Source: Escherichia coli (lineage in GTDB: Bacteria; Pseudomonadota; Gammaproteobacteria; Enterobacterales; Enterobacteriaceae). Taken from it: a stretch of 64,000 bases of DNA. Location: assembly GCF_003334255.1 (NCBI RefSeq), contig NZ_QOWU01000007.1. One strand, 5' to 3'. The position numbers and the translations under genes were made by a program. Shown one piece after another: positions 21,717 through 32,144 of the stretch. The notes below the pieces were generated by a model, which saw nothing but the letters and a program-made list of their open reading frames with translations, had not been told where the DNA came from and searched no databases. Position 1 is the first letter of the stretch; every line of letters starts with the position of its first letter.

Positions 21717-22982
21717 ATGCTCACGAAAAAGAAATGGGCGTTATTTAGTCTATTAACACTGTGTGGCGGTACAATTTATAAATTACCGTCGCTGAAAGAT
21801 GCGTTTTATATCCCGATGCAGGAATATTTCCATTTGACCAATGGTCAAATTGGTAATGCTATGTCGGTAAACTCATTTGTCACCACAGTGGGCTTTTTTC
21901 TGTCTATTTATTTTGCCGATAAACTACCGCGCAGATACACCATGTCATTCTCACTCATTGCGACAGGATTACTGGGTGTTTATTTGACGACAATGCCGGG
22001 GTATTGGGGCATCCTCTTTGTCTGGGCGCTATTTGGCGTTACTTGCGACATGATGAACTGGCCGGTCTTGCTCAAGTCGGTAAGTCGATTGGGCAATAGC
22101 GAACAACAAGGTCGGTTGTTTGGCTTCTTCGAAACAGGGCGTGGCATTGTCGATACCGTGGTGGCATTTTCTGCGTTGGCAGTATTTACCTGGTTTGGCA
22201 GTGGCTTATTAGGTTTTAAAGCAGGCATCTGGTTCTATTCCCTTATTGTGATTGCCGTAGGCATTATTATTCTCTTTGTCCTGAATGACAAAGAAGAGGC
22301 ACCGTCCGTTGAGGTGAAAAAAGAAGACGGAGCATCGAAAAACACCAGTATGACCTCGGTGCTGAAAGACAAAACTATCTGGCTTATCGCTTTTAACGTC
22401 TTCTTCGTTTACGCGGTTTACTGTGGCCTGACATTCTTCATTCCATTCCTGAAAAACATCTATCTATTGCCCGTTGCGCTGGTGGGGGCTTACGGCATCA
22501 TTAACCAATACTGTCTGAAAATGATTGGTGGACCGATTGGTGGCATGATTTCAGATAAGATCCTGAAATCGCCAAGTAAATATCTATGCTACACCTTTAT
22601 CATTAGTACCGCTGCGCTCGTACTGTTGATTATGCTGCCGCACGAAAGTATGCCGGTCTATTTAGGGATGGCATGTACGCTGGGCTTTGGCGCGATAGTC
22701 TTTACACAGCGAGCCGTATTTTTTGCACCTATCGGCGAAGCAAAAATTGCTGAAAATAAAACAGGTGCGGCGATGGCGTTGGGTAGCTTTATTGGTTACG
22801 CTCCGGCGATGTTCTGCTTCAGTCTGTATGGCTACATTCTGGATTTAAATCCGGGGATTATTGGCTACAAAATCGTGTTTGGCATTATGGCCTGCTTCGC
22901 ATTCAGTGGTGCGGTGGTTTCCGTAATGCTGGTTAAGCGTATTAGCCAACGTAAGAAAGAGATGCTGGCGGCTGAAGCTTAA
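21717..22982 (+). CDS. yihN: MFS-family transporter
   Basis: 421-aa ORF with 12 predicted TM helices. Confidence 0.85.
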   Translation: MLTKKKWALFSLLTLCGGTIYKLPSLKDAFYIPMQEYFHLTNGQIGNAMSVNSFVTTVGFFLSIYFADKLPRRYTMSFSLIATGLLGVYLTTMPGYWGILFVWALFGVTCDMMNWPVLLKSVSRLGNSEQQGRLFGFFETGRGIVDTVVAFSALAVFTWFGSGLLGFKAGIWFYSLIVIAVGIIILFVLNDKEEAPSVEVKKEDGASKNTSMTSVLKDKTIWLIAFNVFFVYAVYCGLTFFIPFLKNIYLLPVALVGAYGIINQYCLKMIGGPIGGMISDKILKSPSKYLCYTFIISTAALVLLIMLPHESMPVYLGMACTLGFGAIVFTQRAVFFAPIGEAKIAENKTGAAMALGSFIGYAPAMFCFSLYGYILDLNPGIIGYKIVFGIMACFAFSGAVVSVMLVKRISQRKKEMLAAEA

Positions 22983-22987
22983 TTAAT

Positions 22988-23064
<77 letters not shown>

Positions 23065-23072
23065 GTTTCACA

Positions 23073-23765
23073 TCAGAAGAAATACTTCGTCCCGATACGG
23101 ATCTGGTTTTGCTCGCGGTGGTACGGTTCGACGTTGCGGTCTAACCAGCGCAATTCGAAATAAGGGAGCCAGTGTTCATTAATACGGTAACGGAAGGTGT
23201 TAGTGATTTCCCAATGATGATCTTTCCCGTTGCTACTATTAAAGTCATTCACTCGCATGAAGTAATGTGGCTCAAATGTATAGGAAAATTTATCGGTGAT
23301 TTTAAAATTCCAGTAGGTGCCAATTTCATAGGTGTCATTATTATCCAGTTCCCCGCTCAAATCTGTTGAACTATAGTTATTATGGTTATAGCGATTTCGT
23401 ACTGTCAGATTAAACCATGGTACAAATTTATAGTTGACGTCCAGATACACTGCACCACCCGAACCGATACTCTTATCATTAATTAAGCCACCGGGCTGGA
23501 TGGTTAATTTATCGGTTGGTTTAAATAACGGATACCAGCCTTCAATTTCGTTATATCCATGTTTTAGTTCATCTTCTCGCTGAAAGTTGTAGGTATTGGT
23601 TAACATAATACCCGCGCCCATATCGAAGTTATAACCCACACGTAGCATAACCTCGCCCTGATCGGAGGCAAGATTATATGCCTCCCTGTTTTCGACGTAT
23701 GCGCCAGCAAATACCGAGGCAGAGGTCAGAGAAGATAATAAAATTATTGCATTAATCTTTTTCAT
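23073..23765 (-). CDS. ompL: Outer membrane porin OmpL
   Basis: Track ORF trimmed to MKKINAIILLSSLTSASVFA (signal peptide), 230 aa. Ends with the C-terminal aromatic residue (...GTKYFF) typical of beta-barrel porins. Confidence 0.9.
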   Translation of the reverse strand: MKKINAIILLSSLTSASVFAGAYVENREAYNLASDQGEVMLRVGYNFDMGAGIMLTNTYNFQREDELKHGYNEIEGWYPLFKPTDKLTIQPGGLINDKSIGSGGAVYLDVNYKFVPWFNLTVRNRYNHNNYSSTDLSGELDNNDTYEIGTYWNFKITDKFSYTFEPHYFMRVNDFNSSNGKDHHWEITNTFRYRINEHWLPYFELRWLDRNVEPYHREQNQIRIGTKYFF

Positions 23766-23832
23766 AATAAGTCCATTTTTTAAACGTAGGGAGGCCGCCA
23801 CCCACCAGGATGGAAATAGCGGCTATTGACAT

Positions 23833-25236
23833 TTATAACGTTACGGAAGCCGTTTTTTCTTCTGTCGCCATCTCTTTATTTTTGCGTTGGTTGATTTCCT
23901 CAATAATCAATGCAAACCGTTTTTCATTGAGTGTGTAAAAGAATCCCATCGTCAATGCAGCAATAATTGCCAGTGCACAAGGCCAGATAAAAATGAGCTG
24001 ACGCAAACCCTGTAATGTCGCATCGCTTTGCGCGATGTTGGGAACATAACCAATTTGCGTCAGCATAATGCCTGGCAAGAAGCCAGCAAGTGCGGCAGAA
24101 ATTTTACGAAAGAAGGTATAACCGGTATAAACAGAACCTTCGGCACGAATACCGGTTTTCCATTCACCGTAATCTACGGTATCTGGTACCAGTGCCCAGT
24201 TCAGGCTGTTTACAAAGGCCGTGCCAAAAAAGGCGACACAAGAGAACATGACGAAAGTGAAAGAGTTACTTCCCCAGAAATAATTCAGTATATCACCCAC
24301 CGCCCACAGCACCATGCCAGCCAGATAAACCTGTTTTTTACCAAAACATTTTACAGTTAATGGCACCAGTAATACGCCGATGAGGATGCATCCCATACTG
24401 AAGAATCCCATCCACGACAATAAATTAATATCATTCAGCACATACTGGGTGTAATAGACCTGAATCGCCAGTTTGATATTAAATGCCGCCAGGGTACACA
24501 AGTTAGCAATGCATAAAACCAGCAATGGCGGATTCCGAAATATCGCGCAAAATGATTTGAGAATACTGGCTTTATGTCCGGTTGGCGTTGTGTCCACATA
24601 ATGCTCTTTGACGCCTCTGTAGCACAGCATCATAAAAATAAAGCCGCCAATGGAGAACATAAGTGCCGCACAGGCATAACCGACGGTTGAGTCAGAAAAA
24701 AGCGACTGCAACGGAATAAACGCCACGGTACAAATCAATAGCCCTATGGTTGCACCACCCTGGCGGTAAGCCGCGAGCTGCGCGCGCTCATTCGGGTTTT
24801 TGGTAATTGCCGGGATCATCGCACCATACGAGCAGTTCATCAGACTGTATGAAAGTCCAAACATCATAAACAGCGCGGTGGCAATCGTCGTTTTAACCGG
24901 CAAACAAAAGGTGGTGGCGATAAACTGGAGCGTTGCAATTAACGCCGCCGGAACCGCTGCATATAAAATAAAGGGACGAAATTTGCCTTTAGGCCCAATA
25001 TTTTTCCGCGAGTCGAGTAAAAATCCGGTGAGCATATCGGTAAACGCGGTAAAAAACTTCGCCACCAGAAAGATAATCCCGCCATAGTAAGCAGGCATCC
25101 CTAATTCATCGGTATAAAATTTGAGGAGATACAGAGTACCGATGCAGAGCATTAAATTCGAACCGACGTCGCCCATACCATAGGCGATTTTTTCCCGCAG
25201 ATTCAGTTTTAATGTCAGTGGATTATGGTCAGACAT
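23833..25236 (-). CDS. yihO: GPH-family sugar:cation symporter (sulfoquinovose/sulfoquinovosyl-glycerol importer candidate)
   Basis: 467 aa from MSDHNPLTLK. Polytopic membrane protein, paralog of the adjacent yihP. Confidence 0.9.
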   Translation of the reverse strand: MSDHNPLTLKLNLREKIAYGMGDVGSNLMLCIGTLYLLKFYTDELGMPAYYGGIIFLVAKFFTAFTDMLTGFLLDSRKNIGPKGKFRPFILYAAVPAALIATLQFIATTFCLPVKTTIATALFMMFGLSYSLMNCSYGAMIPAITKNPNERAQLAAYRQGGATIGLLICTVAFIPLQSLFSDSTVGYACAALMFSIGGFIFMMLCYRGVKEHYVDTTPTGHKASILKSFCAIFRNPPLLVLCIANLCTLAAFNIKLAIQVYYTQYVLNDINLLSWMGFFSMGCILIGVLLVPLTVKCFGKKQVYLAGMVLWAVGDILNYFWGSNSFTFVMFSCVAFFGTAFVNSLNWALVPDTVDYGEWKTGIRAEGSVYTGYTFFRKISAALAGFLPGIMLTQIGYVPNIAQSDATLQGLRQLIFIWPCALAIIAALTMGFFYTLNEKRFALIIEEINQRKNKEMATEEKTASVTL

Positions 25237-25278
25237 AATCACTCCTTATAACGCCCCGCAGGGCGTCGTTTATTATTA

Positions 25279-26664
25279 TTACGCCGTGCGTTTACGGGCT
25301 TCTATCTCTTCCACAATGCGGACATACATCTTCTCGTTCAGGCTGTAGAAGCAACCCATCGCCACAATGGTGACTACCGCCAGTGCGCTTGGGTAGATGA
25401 AGATCAACTGGCGTAACCCTTCAATGGTGTGGTCAGCCTGTGCGACGTTCGGCACATAGCCAATTTGCGTCAGCATCCAGCCGGGGAAGAAACCAGCCAG
25501 CGCCTGAGACACTTTGCGAAAGAAGGTAAAACCGGTGTAGACCGTTCCTTCCGAACGCACGCCGGTGCGCCACTCGCCGTACTCGACGGTGTCGGAAACC
25601 AGCGCCCAGTTCAGGCTGTTAACAAACGCTGAGCCAAAGAACGCCAGGCAGGAGAACGCCACGAAGCTGACCGAACCGCCGCCGAAGAAATAGTTGAGCA
25701 GATCGCCCAGCACCCAAATCAGCAGGCCGCCGATATAAACTTTCTTCTTGCCAAAACGTCTGACTGAGGCAGGCATCAGGAATACGCCGATGAAAATACA
25801 GCCCATGCTGAAAAATCCCATATACGACAACAGGATGGGATCGTTAAGCACGTACTGGGTGTAATAGACCTGGATGGCGAGCTTGACGTTAAACGCCCCT
25901 AAAGTGCAGAGGTTGGCAATGCACAGAATGAACAGCGGGCGGTTACCCGCAATTGCGCGGAAAGATTGCAGCAGGCCCGGCTTTTGCGCCGGATTAGCAG
26001 GCTGGGTTTCGACATAACGCTCTTTCACGCCCGAGTAGCAGATCCACATAAACAGCAGGCCAAACAGTGAAAACAGCGTGGCGGCGAAGATATAGCCAAG
26101 TTGCTGATTACCTTCGATAAGATTCATAACTGGCACGAATCCCACCGTGCACAGCAGCAGGCCCAGCGTAGCGCCGCCCTGACGCCATGCCGCCAGTGAG
26201 GCGCGTTCGTTGGGGTTTTTGGTGATAGCGGGAACCATTGCGCCGTAGGAGCAGTTCATCATGCTGAAAAACAGTCCGTAAAGCATAAACAGAATAGTGG
26301 CCATCACCGTTTTACCGGTGACATCAAACGGTGTGCCGACAAAGTTGGCGATCGCCAGTAAGGTGACCGGGAATGACGCATACAGAATAAAAGGACGGAA
26401 CTTACCTTTTGGACCGATCTTGCGTCGGGAATCCAACATAATGCCGGTACCCATATCGGTAAACGCAGTAAAGAATTTTGAAATCAAAAAGATAATGCCG
26501 CCATAGGTGCCTGGCAGCCCCAGAACGTCGGTATAAAACTTCAAAAGATAAAGCGTACCGATATCCAGCAGGATGTTAGAGGCCAGGTCGCCAATACCGT
26601 AAGAGAGTTTCTCTTTAAAGGGCAGGCGTAAAGTTGCTGGATCTTCCGTTGTGATGTGACTCAT
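25279..26664 (-). CDS. yihP: GPH-family sugar:cation symporter
   Basis: Track ORF 25279-26697 trimmed to MSHITTEDPATL (461 aa). Aligns along its length with YihO. Confidence 0.88.
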   Translation of the reverse strand: MSHITTEDPATLRLPFKEKLSYGIGDLASNILLDIGTLYLLKFYTDVLGLPGTYGGIIFLISKFFTAFTDMGTGIMLDSRRKIGPKGKFRPFILYASFPVTLLAIANFVGTPFDVTGKTVMATILFMLYGLFFSMMNCSYGAMVPAITKNPNERASLAAWRQGGATLGLLLCTVGFVPVMNLIEGNQQLGYIFAATLFSLFGLLFMWICYSGVKERYVETQPANPAQKPGLLQSFRAIAGNRPLFILCIANLCTLGAFNVKLAIQVYYTQYVLNDPILLSYMGFFSMGCIFIGVFLMPASVRRFGKKKVYIGGLLIWVLGDLLNYFFGGGSVSFVAFSCLAFFGSAFVNSLNWALVSDTVEYGEWRTGVRSEGTVYTGFTFFRKVSQALAGFFPGWMLTQIGYVPNVAQADHTIEGLRQLIFIYPSALAVVTIVAMGCFYSLNEKMYVRIVEEIEARKRTA

Positions 26665-26709
26665 CGATGTTCTCCCTTTGCCCATGAGTTTCCCCACGGG
26701 CGGATGTGA

Positions 26710-28746
26710 TTAGATGCTTTTTAACGACGCGAACAGTGCCGCCCATTCGCTATCGGCGCGATAAAAGACCGGCGGCTTGCCGATGGGCGCATTAACGGTA
26801 ACTTCCCCGCCCCGGAACGCTTCACCCGTCCAGGCGTGGACCCAGTTATCCTCCGGCAGATAGAGCGTCCAGTCGCTACGGCCTTCTTCATGCACCGGAG
26901 CGACCAGAATGTCGCGACCTAACAGGTACTGATATTTCAGGGTGTAAGTGTGCGCATCGTCTTCGTAATGCAGGAACAGCGGGCGCATAACCGGCAGGCC
27001 GGACTTCGCATTCAGCGCGACGGCCTCTTTCAGGTAAGGTTTCAGGGTGGTGAAGACGGTGGTCATACGGGCGAAATGGGCGATGGTTTCTGCGTCGCCG
27101 TCAAACTGCCAGTTGTCGCCAGGACGGTTACCTTCGTGGGTGCGCATCATCGGCGTGAAGGCGCTGAAATCGCACCAGCGCAGCAGCAGCTCTTTGCTGC
27201 GCTTCATCTCAAACAGGGTGGTGTAACCGCCAATGTCGCTGTGGTGCAGGCCATGTCCGGTCATTGCCAGCGACAGCGCCGCCGGGACAACCGACGCCAG
27301 GCCATCGTCGAGACTCCAGTCGACGTTCTGGTCGCCCGCCCACATCATGGTGGAGTATTTCTGGCTACCGGTAGAACCGGCGCGCATAAAGAAAAGGATC
27401 TCGCCGAGCTTGCCCGTTTCTTCAAGGGCTTCGTAGTTACACTTCGCCCACAGCGCAGGCCAGGCGTTATGCATAATTTCGGCACTGACGCCGTTATGCA
27501 GGTACGTGTCGGTGGGCAGATACTCGCCGAAGTCAGCCATCCAGCCGCCGCAGCCGAGTTCAATCATGTTCTTTTTGATCACTTCCTTGAACCAGGCGTA
27601 GGCTTCTGGATTAGTGAGATCGACAACGCCGCCGTAAAACTCGCCAAACTCCACCAGATAGTCACCGCCAGAGGCATCTTTTGCCAGATAGCCGTGTTGT
27701 GCCGCTTCTTCGCAGAGATCTTTATCGCTGGCAACATACGGGTTGATATAGGCCAGGAACTGCACGCCCTCCTGATTCCACTGCTTAATGCGTGAATCCA
27801 GTTGCGGGTAGTTTTCGCTGTTCCACTTCCAGTTCCACATCACGCGTTTGCCAAAAGAGGTCATACGAATACCGGACCAGTCCTGCGCCCAGATGCCGTT
27901 GACCTTCACGCCCGCGTTACGCATGGTGTCCAGTTTCTTCTGGCACACTTCCGTCCCGCCCTGAATGCCGAGCGTTACTCCGTCATAAATCCAGTCGGGC
28001 AGTTCTGGCTGGCGTCCCAGCAGGGCGGTTAATTTTTCCAGCAGGGAAATGTATGTGTCAGCACATTCAAAACGCAGCGTTGCTTTGTCTTCCCACAGCG
28101 CCAGTTCATGGTATTCCGGGGCACTAAAGTCGAAGTTCATATAGCAACTGTTATCAACATGGCAGTAATACTTCTGCGTGCTGACAAACGTAGGCTGTGG
28201 GAAGAAAGTCCAGTAATAGTCGCCGCCCGCATTTTCTTTGCAGTCGGCCTGCCAGGTGACATAGGTTTGTTTGTTGCGACCAACGCCTTGTTCACTGGTC
28301 CATAGCGGGAACGGTTTGCCACGCAGATCGAAGTAGGAAAACTGTTCGCCGCAGCCGTAGATATGGTCCTCTGGTTGAGCGGCAAGGCGCAGCCAGATAC
28401 GGTTGTGGTTAAGGTTGTCGTTTTGTAGTTCCAGCAATAAACGCCCCTGATCGTCGGCAGAGATATTCAGCGTGGCGCTAATGTCAGAACCACGGCTGAA
28501 ATGAATTAACCAACCATCCGGTGACTGGCTGACGATGGCGTCGGTAAGCGCAATTTTCTCCTGTAGTTTATCTTTAATGCTGAAATTACCGCGGAACATA
28601 TCGATATCCGCTATACCTGAGCCAATCCATAAACAAGGATTATCTTTGCTATGGGTTAAAATAAGACGTTGTTGAAAATGTAGGGTAAAACTGTCGTTAT
28701 TCTGATGAAATTGAAAATCTAATAACTGTGGACGTGGCGTATCCAT
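26710..28746 (-). CDS. yihQ: Sulfoquinovosidase (glycoside hydrolase family 31)
   Basis: 678-aa ORF with GH31 motifs (WMADFGE region). Confidence 0.92.
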   Translation of the reverse strand: MDTPRPQLLDFQFHQNNDSFTLHFQQRLILTHSKDNPCLWIGSGIADIDMFRGNFSIKDKLQEKIALTDAIVSQSPDGWLIHFSRGSDISATLNISADDQGRLLLELQNDNLNHNRIWLRLAAQPEDHIYGCGEQFSYFDLRGKPFPLWTSEQGVGRNKQTYVTWQADCKENAGGDYYWTFFPQPTFVSTQKYYCHVDNSCYMNFDFSAPEYHELALWEDKATLRFECADTYISLLEKLTALLGRQPELPDWIYDGVTLGIQGGTEVCQKKLDTMRNAGVKVNGIWAQDWSGIRMTSFGKRVMWNWKWNSENYPQLDSRIKQWNQEGVQFLAYINPYVASDKDLCEEAAQHGYLAKDASGGDYLVEFGEFYGGVVDLTNPEAYAWFKEVIKKNMIELGCGGWMADFGEYLPTDTYLHNGVSAEIMHNAWPALWAKCNYEALEETGKLGEILFFMRAGSTGSQKYSTMMWAGDQNVDWSLDDGLASVVPAALSLAMTGHGLHHSDIGGYTTLFEMKRSKELLLRWCDFSAFTPMMRTHEGNRPGDNWQFDGDAETIAHFARMTTVFTTLKPYLKEAVALNAKSGLPVMRPLFLHYEDDAHTYTLKYQYLLGRDILVAPVHEEGRSDWTLYLPEDNWVHAWTGEAFRGGEVTVNAPIGKPPVFYRADSEWAALFASLKSI

Positions 28747-28944
28747 AACTAATCTCCATAGAGTTGAGAACGAGATTGTTGCCTTCCTGTTATTACAGGC
28801 TTATGTAAAATGATTCTCATAAAACTGATATATAAAAACTTTACAGAAGCTGAGCTGTTTTTAACTTAATAAATTGAAGATACATAATGTTGCCTTTAGC
28901 GAGTGAAATGTTCTTCAATGATTTTGACTGCTAATCAATACAAG

Positions 28945-29871
28945 TTATTTTCTCTGTCCGTAAATATTAAAAAACAGGCGGTGCGGTTTTCCTGATTCCA
29001 GTAATAATAAGTCGATACCTGAATTAAAGGCGTTAGGCGGGCAACTCATAGGTTCAACTGCCAGTCCCTGACGCTGTAATTTTTCACCGCTATAAACCTG
29101 CACCCAGAGTTGATCGGAACAAAGGCTTACCGAAAGCGCCTGCTGTGGATGGGTAATGGTCATTTCCCACAAATCATTAGCGGTTTTAAAGGTGTGGTCG
29201 ATTTTTGTCGCGGCTATTTTTTTCGCCTGCGTGAAATTTAAATCCAGCTCATCAACGTGGTGAAGCGTTGTCGGATTCGCGTGCTCATCGACGGCATAAA
29301 CCTGGTTTGCCGGAAGCTGGAACAGATATTCATCAACAGATGTTAAGTTGCAGGTTAAATAAGGATGAATACCCACGCCATAAGGCGCTGCGACAGTGCC
29401 GATATTCTGGCTTGCGATCTCAACGGAAAGACCCGTGTGTGCGTTGAGCGAATAAACAACTTGTGAAGCCAGCATAAACGGATAGCCGTAACTGGGCGGC
29501 AGAAAAGCTGTCAGGGTAACGCTGGTGGCGGTTAATTCACTAATTTGCCAGTCTCGCCAGGCAAGCAGCCCGTGAATAGCGGCTTTTGAACTATGTTCAT
29601 TAATGGGTAACTGATATTCCTGCCCCTGATAGCGGTAACAGCCGTTGGCGATCCGGTTCGGCCACGGAATAAGCACTTTACCCAGATGCGCCAGCGGCAT
29701 CTCTTCGGGTTTGTGCGGGATGACTAAATGACAACCCTGAAAGGTTAATTCAGCCAGACCAGCACCGACGGTCACAATGGTCGCGTGATAATCCCCCGCG
29801 GCAAGTGAAACGGTCTGTCCACTGCAATGCATATTGGTGATTTGCATACAAGGCACCTTAATTAACGACAT
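28945..29871 (-). CDS. yihR: Aldose 1-epimerase-family protein (sulfoquinovose mutarotase)
   Basis: 308-aa ORF. Confidence 0.9.
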   Translation of the reverse strand: MSLIKVPCMQITNMHCSGQTVSLAAGDYHATIVTVGAGLAELTFQGCHLVIPHKPEEMPLAHLGKVLIPWPNRIANGCYRYQGQEYQLPINEHSSKAAIHGLLAWRDWQISELTATSVTLTAFLPPSYGYPFMLASQVVYSLNAHTGLSVEIASQNIGTVAAPYGVGIHPYLTCNLTSVDEYLFQLPANQVYAVDEHANPTTLHHVDELDLNFTQAKKIAATKIDHTFKTANDLWEMTITHPQQALSVSLCSDQLWVQVYSGEKLQRQGLAVEPMSCPPNAFNSGIDLLLLESGKPHRLFFNIYGQRK

Positions 29872-29879
29872 ACAGCCTC

Positions 29880-29980
29880 CCGTGAGGCTGATGTCAAACC
29901 CAAAAACTGCACCGGACGGTCCCCTCGCCCCTTTGGGGAGAGGGTTAGGGAGAGGGGAAAACCCGCACCCTATTTTCAGA
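29880..29980. repeat. GC-rich structured intergenic element (unclassified)
   Basis: CCCCTCGCCCCTTTGGGGAGAGGGTTAGGGAGAGGGG contains nested CCCCT/AGGGG inverted repeats. I cannot assign it to a named repeat family. Confidence 0.3.
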
Positions 29981-29984
29981 TCAG

Positions 29985-31226
29985 TTATTTCGCATTAATA
30001 TCCAGCAGACCCGCTGCAACCGCTGGAGCCATGCCGGGCGCTAACGGGATACGCGGGATCACCAGGCAATGCAGCAGGTGATAAATATCCTGTTTGCCGT
30101 CCCAGACTTTGGTGGTGACCTTATTGTCCGCATCCAGCTCCTGCCACCAGGAACCATTTTCATAGTCCATCAGGTACTTAATGCAGTACTCCCACCATGT
30201 TTGATACCAGGTTTCATACTGGCGATCGCCAGTGACGGTGTAGAGCGCGTAGGCCGTACCCATTGCTTCGACGATAGGCCAACGTACACGTTCGCGGACC
30301 ACCGGTTTTCCTTCCCAGTCAACGGTATAAACAATCCCGTCCGCGCCATCGGGTGCCCAGGCATCGCGCACGGTGGCGTTAAACAGACCTTTGGCATCTT
30401 CTAGCAGCCATGCTGGTGGTTGTTCGCAACGGGCTTCCAGGGCAGCATGGATGTGCAGCATTAAACGGCCCCATTCGATCCAGTGGCCTGGTGTACCTCC
30501 GAACGCGCGGAAGCGATGCGCCGGGTTATCTTTGTTGTAATCCGGCAGCGGATTCCACTGGGTATCGAAGTGTTCGTTAACGCGATAATGATTATTTCTG
30601 GCGACGTCGTGGATAATCACGGAAGCCACGCGAATCGCGCGATCCAGCCATTTTTTGTCGTGAGTGACGTCATAAACAATCAAGAAAGCTTCCACCGCGT
30701 GCATATTGGCATTGCCGCCGCGGTACTCTTCGGTTTTGCTGAAGGCTTCGTCCCAGGATTCCAGGCACATCTGCTCTTCTTCGCTCCAGAAATATTTCTC
30801 GATAATTTCAATGGTGTAATCGAGCAGCTTGCGCGCTTCCGGGTGACCCGTTGTGACGGCGCTGGCGGCACCCAGCAGAGCAAAGAAGTGTTGATAGCCC
30901 TGTTTGGAGGCATCCACCACGCCCTCGTCATTCACGCAGGCATACCAGCCGCCATATTTTTTATCACGCAGTGCGCCGTTCATGGCTTTGATACCGTGAT
31001 CAACCAACGAGTAAGCGCCAGGTCGACCCATCGCCGCAGCAACGGAATAAACGTGCAACATACGAGCGGTGATCCACAGATGGGTGCCCATCTCTTCTTT
31101 GATTTGCCCTTTATTGCCTAACCAGCCAAAACCAGTCGGCACTACGGAATTTTTACCAAAATCAAAGATGCGGTCGGTTTCCTGTTCCAGCCAACGGTTG
31201 TGGCTTAGGGTGTTAAACCATTTCAT
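29985..31226 (-). CDS. yihS: Sulfoquinovose isomerase (N-acyl-glucosamine 2-epimerase fold)
   Basis: Track ORF trimmed to [16 protein letters not shown] (413 aa). Confidence 0.92.
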   Translation of the reverse strand: MKWFNTLSHNRWLEQETDRIFDFGKNSVVPTGFGWLGNKGQIKEEMGTHLWITARMLHVYSVAAAMGRPGAYSLVDHGIKAMNGALRDKKYGGWYACVNDEGVVDASKQGYQHFFALLGAASAVTTGHPEARKLLDYTIEIIEKYFWSEEEQMCLESWDEAFSKTEEYRGGNANMHAVEAFLIVYDVTHDKKWLDRAIRVASVIIHDVARNNHYRVNEHFDTQWNPLPDYNKDNPAHRFRAFGGTPGHWIEWGRLMLHIHAALEARCEQPPAWLLEDAKGLFNATVRDAWAPDGADGIVYTVDWEGKPVVRERVRWPIVEAMGTAYALYTVTGDRQYETWYQTWWEYCIKYLMDYENGSWWQELDADNKVTTKVWDGKQDIYHLLHCLVIPRIPLAPGMAPAVAAGLLDINAK

Positions 31227-31242
31227 TCCTTTTATCCTCATC

Positions 31243-32121
31243 TTAGCGGCGTTTAGCCATCATTTCGTCGACGATATCGCCAAGTTGTTGTAATTTCGGT
31301 GCGCAAACGTCACGCAGCATCAGCTCGTTGTCTGGTAAACCGACGACCGATGCCCAGACTGCACGGCCTGCCAGGAATCCCGATGCGCCCGCCGTCATTG
31401 CCACGCGTACGGCACGCGGGAACAGTTTTTCGTCGACACCGGAAGAGAGGATCACCCATGGCATATTGATATGGTCATTCAGACGTTGTGAAGCACAGAG
31501 AAGCTCTTGTTGCGGACCTTTGCCATAAAGCGGCATTTCAACTTTGTAGAGGTCAGCGCCACTGTCGCCCAGCTCTTTGGCGGCATCGATGATCGCTTGT
31601 TCGCGATCGAATTTATCGCCACGACGCGGTGGGCGGACGACTGGCTCAATGATGCTTACCAGACCGTGTGAGTGGCACAGTTCGTTGAACTCTTTCACCA
31701 TATCCAGACGTTGCTGCGCATCTTCATCACTACGCCACAGCACCAGCAGTTTTAAGGCTTTGCCACCGTCTTGTTTGATCTGTAGCGGATTGATTTTGCG
31801 GTCAATAACCACGCTATCGACCGGAATACCGTTGCCAGGAATGAACTCATCGGCGGCGACAATCATGGCGCAACTTTTGGCAATCGCGTTTTGCTCAACC
31901 ACCTGGCGGTAGCAGAATTGTTGATCTACCAGAATCGCCGAGGCATAAGGCGAGAGGGCCTTTGCAGCGTTAACTTTGAAATCAGTTAAAACGCTATCGG
32001 CTACCGGAGCGGGTGCCCCAGCCGCGGCAAACATCATGCGCATGGCTTCGCGCTGATCGACCGCCAGCATGGCAAAACCGCCCGATGCGCGCGTAATGTC
32101 GTTGATGGTGTACTTATTCAT
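31243..32121 (-). CDS. yihT: 6-deoxy-6-sulfofructose-1-phosphate aldolase (class I aldolase)
   Basis: 292-aa ORF. Confidence 0.92.
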   Translation of the reverse strand: MNKYTINDITRASGGFAMLAVDQREAMRMMFAAAGAPAPVADSVLTDFKVNAAKALSPYASAILVDQQFCYRQVVEQNAIAKSCAMIVAADEFIPGNGIPVDSVVIDRKINPLQIKQDGGKALKLLVLWRSDEDAQQRLDMVKEFNELCHSHGLVSIIEPVVRPPRRGDKFDREQAIIDAAKELGDSGADLYKVEMPLYGKGPQQELLCASQRLNDHINMPWVILSSGVDEKLFPRAVRVAMTAGASGFLAGRAVWASVVGLPDNELMLRDVCAPKLQQLGDIVDEMMAKRR

Positions 32122-32144
32122 TCATTTATTCCTTTATCCAGTCG

